64,000 nt of DNA from an uncultured Gammaproteobacteria bacterium (GTDB taxonomy: Bacteria > Pseudomonadota > Gammaproteobacteria > DRLM01): contig CAVSNY010000006.1 in the NCBI GenBank assembly GCA_963729605.1, positions 160,001-224,000 on the forward strand. Reading direction: 5' to 3'. Position numbers and translations under genes: made by a program. Positions 44,601 to 57,469 of the stretch are shown here, piece after piece. The notes under the pieces are model-generated. The model worked only from the letters and a program-made list of their open reading frames with translations, was not told the origin of the DNA and ran no database searches. Position 1 is the first letter of the stretch; each line of letters opens with the position of its first letter.

Positions 44601-47600
44601 CTCGCCCGCTCGGATGAGCGGGCGCAACCGGATTTTGCCGGATGGGCGGGCCGAGGTGGCGGTGTTTCAATCCTCGCCCGCTCGGATGAGCGGGCGCAAC
44701 AAAAGGTTCTACAAAAACAAACCGGAGAACCTGAGTTTCAATCCTCGCCCGCTCGGATGAGCGGGCGCAACGCGGAGGCGTTGCCAATGCCCGAGGCAAA
44801 TCGGTTGTTTCAATCCTCGCCCGCTCGGATGAGCGGGCGCAACGCGGCGTGGCTTCGCGGAGTACGGCGTCGGGATAGTTTCAATCCTCGCCCGCTCGGA
44901 TGAGCGGGCGCAACCCGGCATATCTCCGGCGCGCGCCGCCACAAATCGGTTTCAATCCTCGCCCGCTCGGATGAGCGGGCGCAACGGGATCGCGCAGCAC
45001 CCGGCCCTGCTGGCGAGGTTGTTTCAATCCTCGCCCGCTCGGATGAGCGGGCGCAACCACGGCTACGCCGCGAAGATGCAGCGGCTGGAAGTGTTTCAAT
45101 CCTCGCCCGCTCGGATGAGCGGGCGCAACGTTGAATCCAATACGTGTAGCTGCCGCTGGTATCCTCAAGTTTCAATCCTCGCCCGCTCGGATGAGCGGGC
45201 GCAACGAGGTGATTTGCGACACCGCCCTCTCCATACCGAGTTTCAATCCTCGCCCGCTCGGATGAGCGGGCGCAACACGACATCACTCCGGCCTCATCCA
45301 AATCATACGTGTTTCAATCCTCGCCCGCTCGGATGAGCGGGCGCAACCCTCCGCTTCGCGCAAGCGCCGCACGGCGGTCTGGTTTCAATCCTCGCCCGCT
45401 CGGATGAGCGGGCGCAACCATCCCGCGCCGGCAATAGCCACGTGCTCATCATCGTTTCAATCCTCGCCCGCTCGGATGAGCGGGCGCAACGATCGAGCCG
45501 GCGCGCGCCGACGGTGGTGCGCGTGTTTCAATCCTCGCCCGCTCGGATGAGCGGGCGCAACCGTCGGGATGTTGCGAGGCGGCGAGCGCGTAGACGTTTC
45601 AATCCTCGCCCGCTCGGATGAGCGGGCGCAACTTTATCCCGAGCCAGCCCCCGGCCCCCGTTATGTGTTTCAATCCTCGCCCGCTCGGATGAGCGGGCGC
45701 AACGCGTGCCGGCGCGCTTGATCTGCGGCAGCACCGAGTTTCAATCCTCGCCCGCTCGGATGAGCGGGCGCAACTTCCGCCCTATTTTTCCGCGCCGATG
45801 GCGGAATAGTTTCAATCCTCGCCCGCTCGGATGAGCGGGCGCAACGGGGCAGAGAGTAATCAAGGTGCCGGGGACAGAGAGTTTCAATCCTCGCCCGCTC
45901 GGATGAGCGGGCGCAACCCTGCCTGAGGTTGCGAAAGATCATATCGTAAAAGTTTCAATCCTCGCCCGCTCGGATGAGCGGGCGCAACGACCAAGCGCCA
46001 GCTGGAAGCCGAGGTGTGGTTCGTTTCAATCCTCGCCCGCTCGGATGAGCGGGCGCAACCTGAGGTGTGCGCGCTCGATGCGTCCACATCCGGGTTTCAA
46101 TCCTCGCCCGCTCGGATGAGCGGGCGCAACCTCAATGCCGTCACCGGCGGCGGGTTGTTCGGCACGTTTCAATCCTCGCCCGCTCGGATGAGCGGGCGCA
46201 ACCCTGAGGTGTGCGCGCTCGATGCGTCCACATCCGGGTTTCAATCCTCGCCCGCTCGGATGAGCGGGCGCAACCAGCATTCCGCGGCCGCCGACCTTCG
46301 GACGATCAGTTTCAATCCTCGCCCGCTCGGATGAGCGGGCGCAACCCGACGTCGGCGGATCGTTCAGCCAGGCGACACTGTTTCAATCCTCGCCCGCTCG
46401 GATGAGCGGGCGCAACCAGACATCCGCACCACCTGCGCACGGTTCGCGGCGTTTCAATCCTCGCCCGCTCGGATGAGCGGGCGCAACTGTCGCCGGCCAG
46501 CGCCTGCTTTGCGAGGTTGTTGTTTCAATCCTCGCCCGCTCGGATGAGCGGGCGCAACCCGCGCGGCGGGCGTGATGCGGTTGCCCTCGTCACGTTTCAA
46601 TCCTCGCCCGCTCGGATGAGCGGGCGCAACGATACTCAAGCAGCTCGGCCGCTACACGGAAAATGTTTCAATCCTCGCCCGCTCGGATGAGCGGGCGCAA
46701 CCGATACCCGGCCCGCCTTATTAAGGGATCAAGCGGTTTCAATCCTCGCCCGCTCGGATGAGCGGGCGCAACACGCGTCGCCAGCAATTACAAACCGCTG
46801 AGCGATGTTTCAATCCTCGCCCGCTCGGATGAGCGGGCGCAACATCAATTTCTGGTTATGAAAGATGGATCAGAGGAGTTTCAATCCTCGCCCGCTCGGA
46901 TGAGCGGGCGCAACCGCAAATCACGCCCGCCCAGCGCGAGGAGCTACGTTTCAATCCTCGCCCGCTCGGATGAGCGGGCGCAACCCGATGGCGCGGGACC
47001 CAAGTATTGCAAAGCATGCGTTTCAATCCTCGCCCGCTCGGATGAGCGGGCGCAACCGCGTGCTGAGATATACACCGCCATGCAGCGGGTGTTTCAATCC
47101 TCGCCCGCTCGGATGAGCGGGCGCAACGACAAACGGCGTTGCGGTAACAGCGCGACAAATCGTTTCAATCCTCGCCCGCTCGGATGAGCGGGCGCAACGC
47201 GGCTGGCGGGCGATGTATATCCTGTCGGTGCGGTTTCAATCCTCGCCCGCTCGGATGAGCGGGCGCAACCCCTCACCCGCGCCGCCAACCCCGCCGCCGA
47301 ACTGTTTCAATCCTCGCCCGCTCGGATGAGCGGGCGCAACGGCCGCATTCGCCGCCCGCCAGGCGTTGCGCCAGGCGGTTTCAATCCTCGCCCGCTCGGA
47401 TGAGCGGGCGCAACTCACGTTCCGCGGCGTCACGACCGAGATACGCAAGTTTCAATCCTCGCCCGCTCGGATGAGCGGGCGCAACGTTGAATTTCTCGTA
47501 CCGTCCGCTGCCGGAGATGTTGTTTCAATCCTCGCCCGCTCGGATGAGCGGGCGCAACGCGATGAGCCGTGTGCGCGCCGAGGCTCAAAGAAACGTTTCA

Positions 47601-49938
47601 ATCCTCGCCCGCTCGGATGAGCGGGCGCAACGCAAGGCGTTTGTTCGCGGTGGTGAGGTGACGGACGTTTCAATCCTCGCCCGCTCGGATGAGCGGGCGC
47701 AACAACAAAAGATGGTGATCGGCGCGAACAATGCGATGTTTCAATCCTCGCCCGCTCGGATGAGCGGGCGCAACCTGATATTTCACCGGCTGCGCAGAAG
47801 CTAGTAAGCGTTTCAATCCTCGCCCGCTCGGATGAGCGGGCGCAACGTCACTCTCTCCTCTTGTTTACGCTGTGCCGAACGTTTCAATCCTCGCCCGCTC
47901 GGATGAGCGGGCGCAACCTGTGGCCCGCCAATGCCCCGCGCGGCGGTCTCGGTTTCAATCCTCGCCCGCTCGGATGAGCGGGCGCAACGTGGGACAAACC
48001 CCGTTTTGTGGGACAGCCCGTCGAGTTTCAATCCTCGCCCGCTCGGATGAGCGGGCGCAACGCCCAGGCACCCAGGCGTCCCAGGATTTACCCATGTTTC
48101 AATCCTCGCCCGCTCGGATGAGCGGGCGCAACGATTGAGCAGGCGAGCGCTGAACTGCCAGCTCCACGTTTCAATCCTCGCCCGCTCGGATGAGCGGGCG
48201 CAACCCGGTAGATCGTGGGACGCGGCGATCTCGCGCGTGTTTCAATCCTCGCCCGCTCGGATGAGCGGGCGCAACCCCCTGCACTCGTCAACATTCAACG
48301 CTCCGGGACCGTTTCAATCCTCGCCCGCTCGGATGAGCGGGCGCAACTAGATCAGATCGATGCGCACGCGCCGCGTTTGCAGGTTTCAATCCTCGCCCGC
48401 TCGGATGAGCGGGCGCAACCGAATTTGTCCCACAACACATCACGGCTACATGCAGTTTCAATCCTCGCCCGCTCGGATGAGCGGGCGCAACCCCGCATCG
48501 CATTCGGTGGTGTCGCCCCACGAACGGTTTCAATCCTCGCCCGCTCGGATGAGCGGGCGCAACCCGCGCCTGCTTGGCGCTTTGCTGCGCCATCGCTGTT
48601 TCAATCCTCGCCCGCTCGGATGAGCGGGCGCAACATGGTGATGGGGATGAGCCTGGGAAGTCGGCCGAGTTTCAATCCTCGCCCGCTCGGATGAGCGGGC
48701 GCAACCGTCTCCGCCTTCGCACCCGCGCCCACCACCAAAGTTTCAATCCTCGCCCGCTCGGATGAGCGGGCGCAACCGCTTGTCGCGGTACGCGTAGGCG
48801 TGCACCGGTCTGTTTCAATCCTCGCCCGCTCGGATGAGCGGGCGCAACATACGATGGGACGGCCATCACGCCTGGCGATGAGGTTTCAATCCTCGCCCGC
48901 TCGGATGAGCGGGCGCAACGCGGCAGACGCATATGATTGCGCTCGATGCCGAGTTTCAATCCTCGCCCGCTCGGATGAGCGGGCGCAACTTAAGGCCAGA
49001 TGGCATTCCTAAGCATGTTTTTCCGGTTTCAATCCTCGCCCGCTCGGATGAGCGGGCGCAACAGTATTGTGGTCCCACTGCCGCATAGGCAGCTTAGTTT
49101 CAATCCTCGCCCGCTCGGATGAGCGGGCGCAACAACAACCGCCGCGCATGCGTTGTGCGCGGTCTATAGTTTCAATCCTCGCCCGCTCGGATGAGCGGGC
49201 GCAACACGAAGCATCGGCGTGGGCATCCCTAGAGGTAGCCGTTTCAATCCTCGCCCGCTCGGATGAGCGGGCGCAACGGTAGAGGTGTGCAGTTTTACTA
49301 CCAGATCGACGAGTTTCAATCCTCGCCCGCTCGGATGAGCGGGCGCAACATCCGGGTGCCGGCGTAGTCGGTCATGAATCGCTGTTTCAATCCTCGCCCG
49401 CTCGGATGAGCGGGCGCAACGCCATGGAGCCCAGGGCGAAAGACGCGTTGATGATGTTTCAATCCTCGCCCGCTCGGATGAGCGGGCGCAACTTGACCCG
49501 ATCATCAATTTTTCGACGGCCGACGAGTTTCAATCCTCGCCCGCTCGGATGAGCGGGCGCAACCCTCAGCGCCGCGGGCAACTGGACGCGTAGCTGGGTT
49601 TCAATCCTCGCCCGCTCGGATGAGCGGGCGCAACCATGCGGCGTAACTCCTTCCACCGATACCCAAAAGTTTCAATCCTCGCCCGCTCGGATGAGCGGGC
49701 GCAACCGCCGTGCTGTGGCCGTTCGAGACAGAATACAAAGTTTCAATCCTCGCCCGCTCGGATGAGCGGGCGCAACCCGACGTATAACGCCGGGTATGCG
49801 GATGGAGAGATGTTTCAATCCTCGCCCGCTCGGATGAGCGGGCGCAACCCTCTAACGTTTCCGTCGCGAACTGCGTTGCCTGGTTTCAATCCTCGCCCGC
49901 TCGGATGAGCGGGCGCAACACTGGCCGCCGTGTAGTGG

Positions 49939-51145
<1,207 letters not shown>

Positions 51146-53393
51146 TCACCCAGAATCAGGTGGCCAAATCGACTATGCCACTACACCGGCAGGCGGTTGA
51201 TTGCCCGCACTGGTTTCAATCCTCGCCCGCTCGGATGAGCGGGCGCAACTCCGGCGGGGCCATTTAACCAACAACCTGAGGAGTTTCAATCCTCGCCCGC
51301 TCGGATGAGCGGGCGCAACTCGCCGTGGCGGCCGTGCACCGCCCACCAGTCGTGTTTCAATCCTCGCCCGCTCGGATGAGCGGGCGCAACGTACGGCAGA
51401 CAGTGCAGAACATGAGCGCGCCCATGTTTCAATCCTCGCCCGCTCGGATGAGCGGGCGCAACCGGCGGGGCCATCTACTGAACAAGGGGTACATCATGTT
51501 TCAATCCTCGCCCGCTCGGATGAGCGGGCGCAACGCTGTTGTGGGGATGAGGGCCGCGCGTACTACACGTTTCAATCCTCGCCCGCTCGGATGAGCGGGC
51601 GCAACCAGCGTTAAATATAAATCTATGGAGGTGGCGGCGGTTTCAATCCTCGCCCGCTCGGATGAGCGGGCGCAACCGGACCGATCCGCGCAACTGGATC
51701 AAGGCTAATCCGTTTCAATCCTCGCCCGCTCGGATGAGCGGGCGCAACAGCGAGCCAATCGAAAAATCGTGGAGGGATTTATGTTTCAATCCTCGCCCGC
51801 TCGGATGAGCGGGCGCAACGTGTCGCCCTGGCGTCGTCTTTGGTGAGCAAGTTGTTTCAATCCTCGCCCGCTCGGATGAGCGGGCGCAACATGAGGGGCA
51901 TTTTTTTTGCCTGAATGACTGGGTGTTTCAATCCTCGCCCGCTCGGATGAGCGGGCGCAACGGTTGTGGGAACGGCTGCGGCGAATCGGGTATTTTGTTT
52001 CAATCCTCGCCCGCTCGGATGAGCGGGCGCAACATGGGCTGCGCGTTGCCATTCAACCCGCGCTCGAGGTTTCAATCCTCGCCCGCTCGGATGAGCGGGC
52101 GCAACAATTTGGGTCACGGTATGCCGGGATTCCTTAATGGTTTCAATCCTCGCCCGCTCGGATGAGCGGGCGCAACTTTTTCAGCGCGGCGCAAATCAGG
52201 GGGCGCATTGCGTTTCAATCCTCGCCCGCTCGGATGAGCGGGCGCAACACGCGGAAGCGTGGGCCATCATAACGGATGGTGACGTTTCAATCCTCGCCCG
52301 CTCGGATGAGCGGGCGCAACGTCGGTCTCATCCACCATCACCAGGCCGTCGGCCGTTTCAATCCTCGCCCGCTCGGATGAGCGGGCGCAACCACATCGAT
52401 CTCGCCATCGCGCCATGCGCGCCAGTTTCAATCCTCGCCCGCTCGGATGAGCGGGCGCAACGCGCGGGAGGGTGAGGATGATGGCGACACAAAGAGTTTC
52501 AATCCTCGCCCGCTCGGATGAGCGGGCGCAACTCAGAGAGTGGCGTGACGGCGACAGATACAACGGAGTTTCAATCCTCGCCCGCTCGGATGAGCGGGCG
52601 CAACGCCCTCGGTGTCGCCGCACACGTACCACGCGCGGGAGTTTCAATCCTCGCCCGCTCGGATGAGCGGGCGCAACACGCTATAGAGCCATTTTACGAG
52701 TGCTGCGTACTGTTTCAATCCTCGCCCGCTCGGATGAGCGGGCGCAACGGTCGGGCGAATAGTTCTCGCCGTCGAGCCAGCAGTTTCAATCCTCGCCCGC
52801 TCGGATGAGCGGGCGCAACGGGAGTGAGGGGGAATGAGGGGCGCAGGTATGAAAGTTTCAATCCTCGCCCGCTCGGATGAGCGGGCGCAACGCGCACGTG
52901 ATCAGGCGTTGCCGGCGGTGAGCGTGTTTCAATCCTCGCCCGCTCGGATGAGCGGGCGCAACTTTACCACCTCCGTCTCGGCAACCACGCGGTCCATGTT
53001 TCAATCCTCGCCCGCTCGGATGAGCGGGCGCAACACCAGGTGGATGCGTTAAGCCCCCCGCTGATCCAGTTTCAATCCTCGCCCGCTCGGATGAGCGGGC
53101 GCAACGCAGTAATGTTTGTCGTCGGCTGTCGCCTTCCGCGTTTCAATCCTCGCCCGCTCGGATGAGCGGGCGCAACGAGCGCGCCGACGGTCGCTGACCA
53201 TTTGTCGTTTTGTTTCAATCCTCGCCCGCTCGGATGAGCGGGCGCAACCGCGTGCCGCCCGGGCATGAGCACGCGTGGGAAGGGTTTCAATCCTCGCCCG
53301 CTCGGATGAGCGGGCGCAACTTTAGTTACCTCCCGCGCCTCGGGGTCCCGCAGGCAGTTTCAATCCTCGCCCGCTCGGATGAGCGGGCGCAAC

Positions 53394-53574
53394 TGTCATT
53401 TCACAAACAAATAATAACAAAGCCCTTTACTACTATTAAGCGCGAACCTACAAATTATGATGGTGAAAAGATTTTTAGACTCACATGCCATAGTATCTTT
53501 ACCTTTTCTACTTAAATAGTTAGAACAAACGCGAACCTCCCGGCTTTTCCGGCATCGCTTGGGGTTCGCGTGGA
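53394..53574 (-). promoter_or_regulatory. CRISPR leader
   Basis: AT-rich segment between cas2 and the first repeat, with CGCGAACC motifs at 53441 and 53530 and an inverted copy at 53563-53570. Confidence 0.85.
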
Positions 53575-53865
53575 TTAAACGATCAGCGGCCCGTCGAAGT
53601 CTACTGCCCGGAATTTACCGTATTCTTTGACATGCAGCTCTACAGGTTCGGTAAGGCGATATAGCCGGAGATTATCTTCCTTCTCATCGATCTCCGCGAG
53701 CAGACGGCGCTCCAGCTCCTCATAACGCATTTGATCCACTTTGCACTCGAACACCGACTTCTGTACCCGTTGACCGACGCCTTCGCACACCTTGGCGACG
53801 CGGCGCAACCGCCTCCGGCCTTCGCGGGTTTCTGTCGAGACGTCGTAGGTGACGATGATCAGCAT
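53575..53865 (-). CDS. cas2: CRISPR-associated endonuclease Cas2
   Basis: [34 protein letters not shown]. Confidence 0.97.
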   Translation of the reverse strand: MLIIVTYDVSTETREGRRRLRRVAKVCEGVGQRVQKSVFECKVDQMRYEELERRLLAEIDEKEDNLRLYRLTEPVELHVKEYGKFRAVDFDGPLIV

Positions 53866-53867
53866 GC

Positions 53868-54902
53868 CTACCTCGCCAGAAATGGAAGATAACCTTCCAT
53901 CTCTCCCCGAATGGTGCGGGCCATGAACCGCGCTTGCAGCATGGGCAAGAGGCCGATATTGATCTGGGTCTCCAGCAAGGGATGAATCAGCTCTTCCTGC
54001 TTGCGCTCCTGGTAGGCAACCAGCACTTTCTTGCGCCCGTCGTCGCCGAGATGGACGCCACCGCCTTCTCGCATGATGAAATCACCAACCCCGATCTGGC
54101 CGCGATTAATCAACGTCAAGGCCAAACGATCGGCGACGACGGCGCGAAATTCTTCCATCATGTCCAACGCCAACGCCGCGCGACCGGGCCGCACCGCGTG
54201 GAGGAACCCAAGCTGGGGGTCGAGCCCCACGGCCTCCACCGCCGAACGGCAATCATTCATCACCAGCGCATACAAAAACGAAAGCAGGGCGTTGATACGA
54301 TCTTGCGGCGGTCGCTTCGAACGCCCGTTCATGGCGAAGGCCTCTCTTGCGTCAGAACGAATGAGGTAACGCAATGCGCCGAAGTAATTCTTCGCGGTTT
54401 CACCCTCGATACCTCTCACCGTATCGAGGTCACCCGCGTACTCCAAACGCCGCAGCGCATCGGCCAGGGCATCCGCCGTGCGCCGCAAGGCCGTGGCATC
54501 CCCTTCATCCTTGGCATCTCTCGCGCCACGCAACAACACATGGCGCGCGTTCTTGATCTTGCCGGCAACGATGGCGCGCGACACATCCAGCGCAAAGGCC
54601 TCATCGCAAGCCACGCGATGCTGTGCCTGCCGCAAAAGAATATTGCCGCTCACGGGGCCTTCGAGCCGGGCCTTGAAGCGTCCATTGCGGTCCAGCAATA
54701 CGACGCTGATGCCCTCATCCGCGCAACGATGCAAGGCAATGGGCGACACACTCACCTCGCCAAAACAGACCAATGATCCGAGGTGATGCAACGGCACCCG
54801 CAGACGGTTCTCGCGCTCCACCTGAATGCACAAGGTGTCGTTCTCCAGCCGAACGTAGGCCTCGGGCAGTGTCACATACAGAGTATTGAGGATTTGCTTC
54901 AT
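53868..54902 (-). CDS. cas1: CRISPR-associated endonuclease Cas1 (type I-C)
   Basis: [43 protein letters not shown]; start at MKQIL. Confidence 0.97.
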   Translation of the reverse strand: MKQILNTLYVTLPEAYVRLENDTLCIQVERENRLRVPLHHLGSLVCFGEVSVSPIALHRCADEGISVVLLDRNGRFKARLEGPVSGNILLRQAQHRVACDEAFALDVSRAIVAGKIKNARHVLLRGARDAKDEGDATALRRTADALADALRRLEYAGDLDTVRGIEGETAKNYFGALRYLIRSDAREAFAMNGRSKRPPQDRINALLSFLYALVMNDCRSAVEAVGLDPQLGFLHAVRPGRAALALDMMEEFRAVVADRLALTLINRGQIGVGDFIMREGGGVHLGDDGRKKVLVAYQERKQEELIHPLLETQINIGLLPMLQARFMARTIRGEMEGYLPFLAR

Positions 54903-55537
54903 GATGAGGATTCCGGCTCCGGCTTGAACAGCGAGCGACGCAAGGCATGTAGTTTTGATTTGGCCGCCAGCGCCTCTGGCTGGCAGATGTCTTTGAGCGA
55001 ACACTCGCGACAACGGTCATCGTTCACTGGCGGTGGCAGCACACCACTTGTTAGCATCGTGCGCACGGCAATCACGGCTTCTTCTACCGCATGCCGCAAA
55101 GCCGGGGTGATTTCGACTTCCCGCCGGCGGCGGGAAGTGGCGTGATAAATGGCGCCGCGACGCACCTCTCTGCCGGTCATCTCTTCCAAACAAAGCGCCT
55201 GCGCGGCCAACTGGATGTCGTCATGCGCGCGGATGCGCCGGGGACCGTGCTTGTATTCCACCGGGTAAGGCGTGCCATCGGGCAGGAACTCGACCACATC
55301 GGCTTTACCGACCAGGCCCAACCGTTCACACCGCAGCCCCAACGACCGCTCGATGCGCACACCGGCCATCTCCTCCACCGCCGGTTCGTCCACCCGCGCG
55401 TGTACCGCACGGCCACGCAGGGTATGGACGTTTTCCTCGAAGGCCTGCTCCAGATGAATCAAGCCGCACTGGCGAGGGCAATAACTGTAGTGTTGTAGCG
55501 CAGACAATGAAATGGGGTCCGGCGGTGATTCGTTCAC
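54899..55537 (-). CDS. cas4: CRISPR-associated exonuclease Cas4
   Basis: SALQHYSYCPRQ, GKADVVE, PVEYKHG, QLAAQALCLEEM, C..CSL...C. Confidence 0.96.
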   Translation of the reverse strand: MNESPPDPISLSALQHYSYCPRQCGLIHLEQAFEENVHTLRGRAVHARVDEPAVEEMAGVRIERSLGLRCERLGLVGKADVVEFLPDGTPYPVEYKHGPRRIRAHDDIQLAAQALCLEEMTGREVRRGAIYHATSRRRREVEITPALRHAVEEAVIAVRTMLTSGVLPPPVNDDRCRECSLKDICQPEALAAKSKLHALRRSLFKPEPESSS

Positions 55538-55540
55538 CGT

Positions 55541-55787
55541 TTACTCCCCGAATAAGCGTTGCAATAACTCATCCCTGGAAAGGCGATGATGAGCAGCGAT
55601 CTCGGCCAGAATCGCTGATAAGGTGCCAACCCGCAGCGGGTCATGCTTCGGCACGGTGAGATGGTGCGAACTTGGAGAGTCACCAGGTCAACCTGATATG
55701 ACTGCCGGTCTGCCGGGACGGCTTGTACCCCAATACAGCAAGTCGCTTGATCAGCTCGGCCCCCGACAAATCGCGGGGCATCTTCAT
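55541..55787 (-). pseudogene. hicA: HicA-family toxin with a one-base frameshift at about 55684
   Basis: MKMPRDLSGAELIK.L..LGY...RQTGSHIRLT then stop; a shifted frame continues DSPSSHHLTVPKHDPLRVGTLSAILAEIA...RDELLQRLFGE*. Confidence 0.8.
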
Positions 55788-55990
55788 ACCGCGATGACCT
55801 CCTCCTTGGTGAAATGCAGGCGAATCATGCGCGGTACCTTGCCTTCGTCGAAATGGCAACGCACCGCATCCCGCACCCGCTCGTACAGCTGGTCGAGATC
55901 GTCGGCCTCGGTGATGATGGACTCTCCCAACGAGCGGGCCACATACCCGCCTTCGGGCGCCTCCTCGACGACAAAGAATATTTCGTTCAT
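55784..55990 (-). CDS. hicB: short HicB-like antitoxin without DNA-binding domain
   Basis: EIFFVVEEAPEGGYVARSLGESIITEADDLDQL...VRDAV; stop overlaps the hicA start (ATGA). Confidence 0.75.
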   Translation of the reverse strand: MNEIFFVVEEAPEGGYVARSLGESIITEADDLDQLYERVRDAVRCHFDEGKVPRMIRLHFTKEEVIAV

Positions 55991-56165
55991 AACCGCCCCC
56001 TCGCTCGATCATCCACCTGCACAGTGAGGGCAAGGACCCCGAAGGGGGTCCGCCACCGCTACGCCTACGGCGCCACTATATGCTGAAGCGTGACGCCGGA
56101 AAAGCCATTGGACAGTTCGTCAATTGAGCTATGCCTCCTCACCGCATTCTCTCCGTATATAGTTC

Positions 56166-57056
56166 TCAAAAACCCTCAATAATTTCTGGGGTCAGGCCAT
56201 CAAGCTGATCAAGACTTACACTGCCATCAGGCTGTACAGATAGTGTGCGGTGAACCTTAGCAGAAGAATACTGCCCTGACTTGCAATTATGCTTCCACCA
56301 AATCACCTTGAGAACTTCCATACTGCCCGCTGGGCGGGCTGAGGATTCGTCGTTTTCGAATAGTCTTGGCAACACTTGCTTAATGGCTTGAGCATCCACA
56401 TCGCTAAACCCCGTTTTTTCCGCCAATTGCGGGTTCATACTCCCGAAGAAAACATAGGTACCCTTATCCACGCGGTGCTTCATTCCCATCGTATCAGAAC
56501 TTCTTTTTCCATCTTTGGTGTCTTCTCCACTCACACTCTTGGTTATTTGATTGCTGGAGATATCGATAGGCGCCACGCTGAACGCGGACTGTACCGTAAC
56601 TGGGCCGCGGATACCGATTGAAATGCCGGTATCGCCTTCACTACCAGCTTCCTCGCCTTTTTTGGGTTTTTGTTTTCCTTTTAATGCGAACAATTGTCCA
56701 AAGGCACGCACGTCAAACCATTTCTCACAAGCCAACTTGGCGGTGTCGCTGGAGCCAAGCTTGTTTCCCAAGAAACCTTCGGCCCTTGCTTTAAGGCTTT
56801 TGTACTCATCGACTTTCCGGTCATCCGATTGAACGAAAATCATGTTGCCGTCGTCCTCTTTCTTGCCATCAGCAACCCATCTTTCTAACAGCCGATCTCT
56901 AAGCTTTCTCTTATTACAAACATCAGTCGTTTCCCCGTAGTTGTCGTAGTCGGTGCGGGGTCGATTTCCGTTAAGCGGGTCACCATTCGGATTGGCTCGT
57001 TCAACACGAAATACAACAGCGAAATCAATTTTATTTTGCAACACGGCCATTATCAT
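56166..57056 (-). CDS. cas7: type I-C Cas7 (Csd2)
   Basis: ANPNGDPLNGNRPR, DVRAFGQ, IRGPV, TMGMKHRV, AEKTGFS. Confidence 0.96.
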   Translation of the reverse strand: MIMAVLQNKIDFAVVFRVERANPNGDPLNGNRPRTDYDNYGETTDVCNKRKLRDRLLERWVADGKKEDDGNMIFVQSDDRKVDEYKSLKARAEGFLGNKLGSSDTAKLACEKWFDVRAFGQLFALKGKQKPKKGEEAGSEGDTGISIGIRGPVTVQSAFSVAPIDISSNQITKSVSGEDTKDGKRSSDTMGMKHRVDKGTYVFFGSMNPQLAEKTGFSDVDAQAIKQVLPRLFENDESSARPAGSMEVLKVIWWKHNCKSGQYSSAKVHRTLSVQPDGSVSLDQLDGLTPEIIEGF

Positions 57057-57469
57057 TCTCCTTGGTTGGTTTGGTTTTCGGTGGTGTCTTCAGTCTCATC
57101 CACTTCCGTCCTGAATCGCAGCGATTGCCTTTGGCAGTGGTATCCCAGAAGGAATTCCCCCGAAAGTCTTGCCTCACTCATAAAATCCTTTCCGTCGAAT
57201 GCACAGATGATCCCGTCGATCAGCTTCTCCATGTTGACAAGAAAGCCTGCCGATCTGGAACGGAGACGGGTCTTATAGGGCGTCAGCGATAGCTCGATGG
57301 TCCGCCATGTCGAATAGGGATGGTCGGCAAAGCGTTGCATGAGTTTCGCGGCGCTGGTGTCCCGCTTCTCCCCAGCGAAATACAATGCTCGCCCCTCGAT
57401 GTGTTCAGCCACCGCAAGGAGGCGTCCAAAGAGGTAATCCCTTGAAGTTCTGTCCAGCTCTAACGCCAT
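57053..57469 (-). CDS. cas11: probable Cas11c small subunit from an internal in-frame start in cas8c (138 aa)
   Basis: AAGGAG-ctatcaa-ATG GCG TTA, in frame (codon 501), just before the MALELDRTSRDYLFGRL domain. Confidence 0.75.
   Translation of the reverse strand: MALELDRTSRDYLFGRLLAVAEHIEGRALYFAGEKRDTSAAKLMQRFADHPYSTWRTIELSLTPYKTRLRSRSAGFLVNMEKLIDGIICAFDGKDFMSEARLSGEFLLGYHCQRQSLRFRTEVDETEDTTENQTNQGE

Noticed and set aside
53561-53580. CGCGTGGATTAAAC resembling the 3' end of canonical 32-nt I-C repeats (possible CreA-like mini-repeat)
   Set aside because: Wrong strand relative to the array, and fully explained by the cas2 stop codon plus the leader motif.
55680-56033. 117-aa ORF read as an intact protein
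   Set aside because: It is an off-frame overlay of hicB joined to the first 35 codons of the frameshifted hicA.
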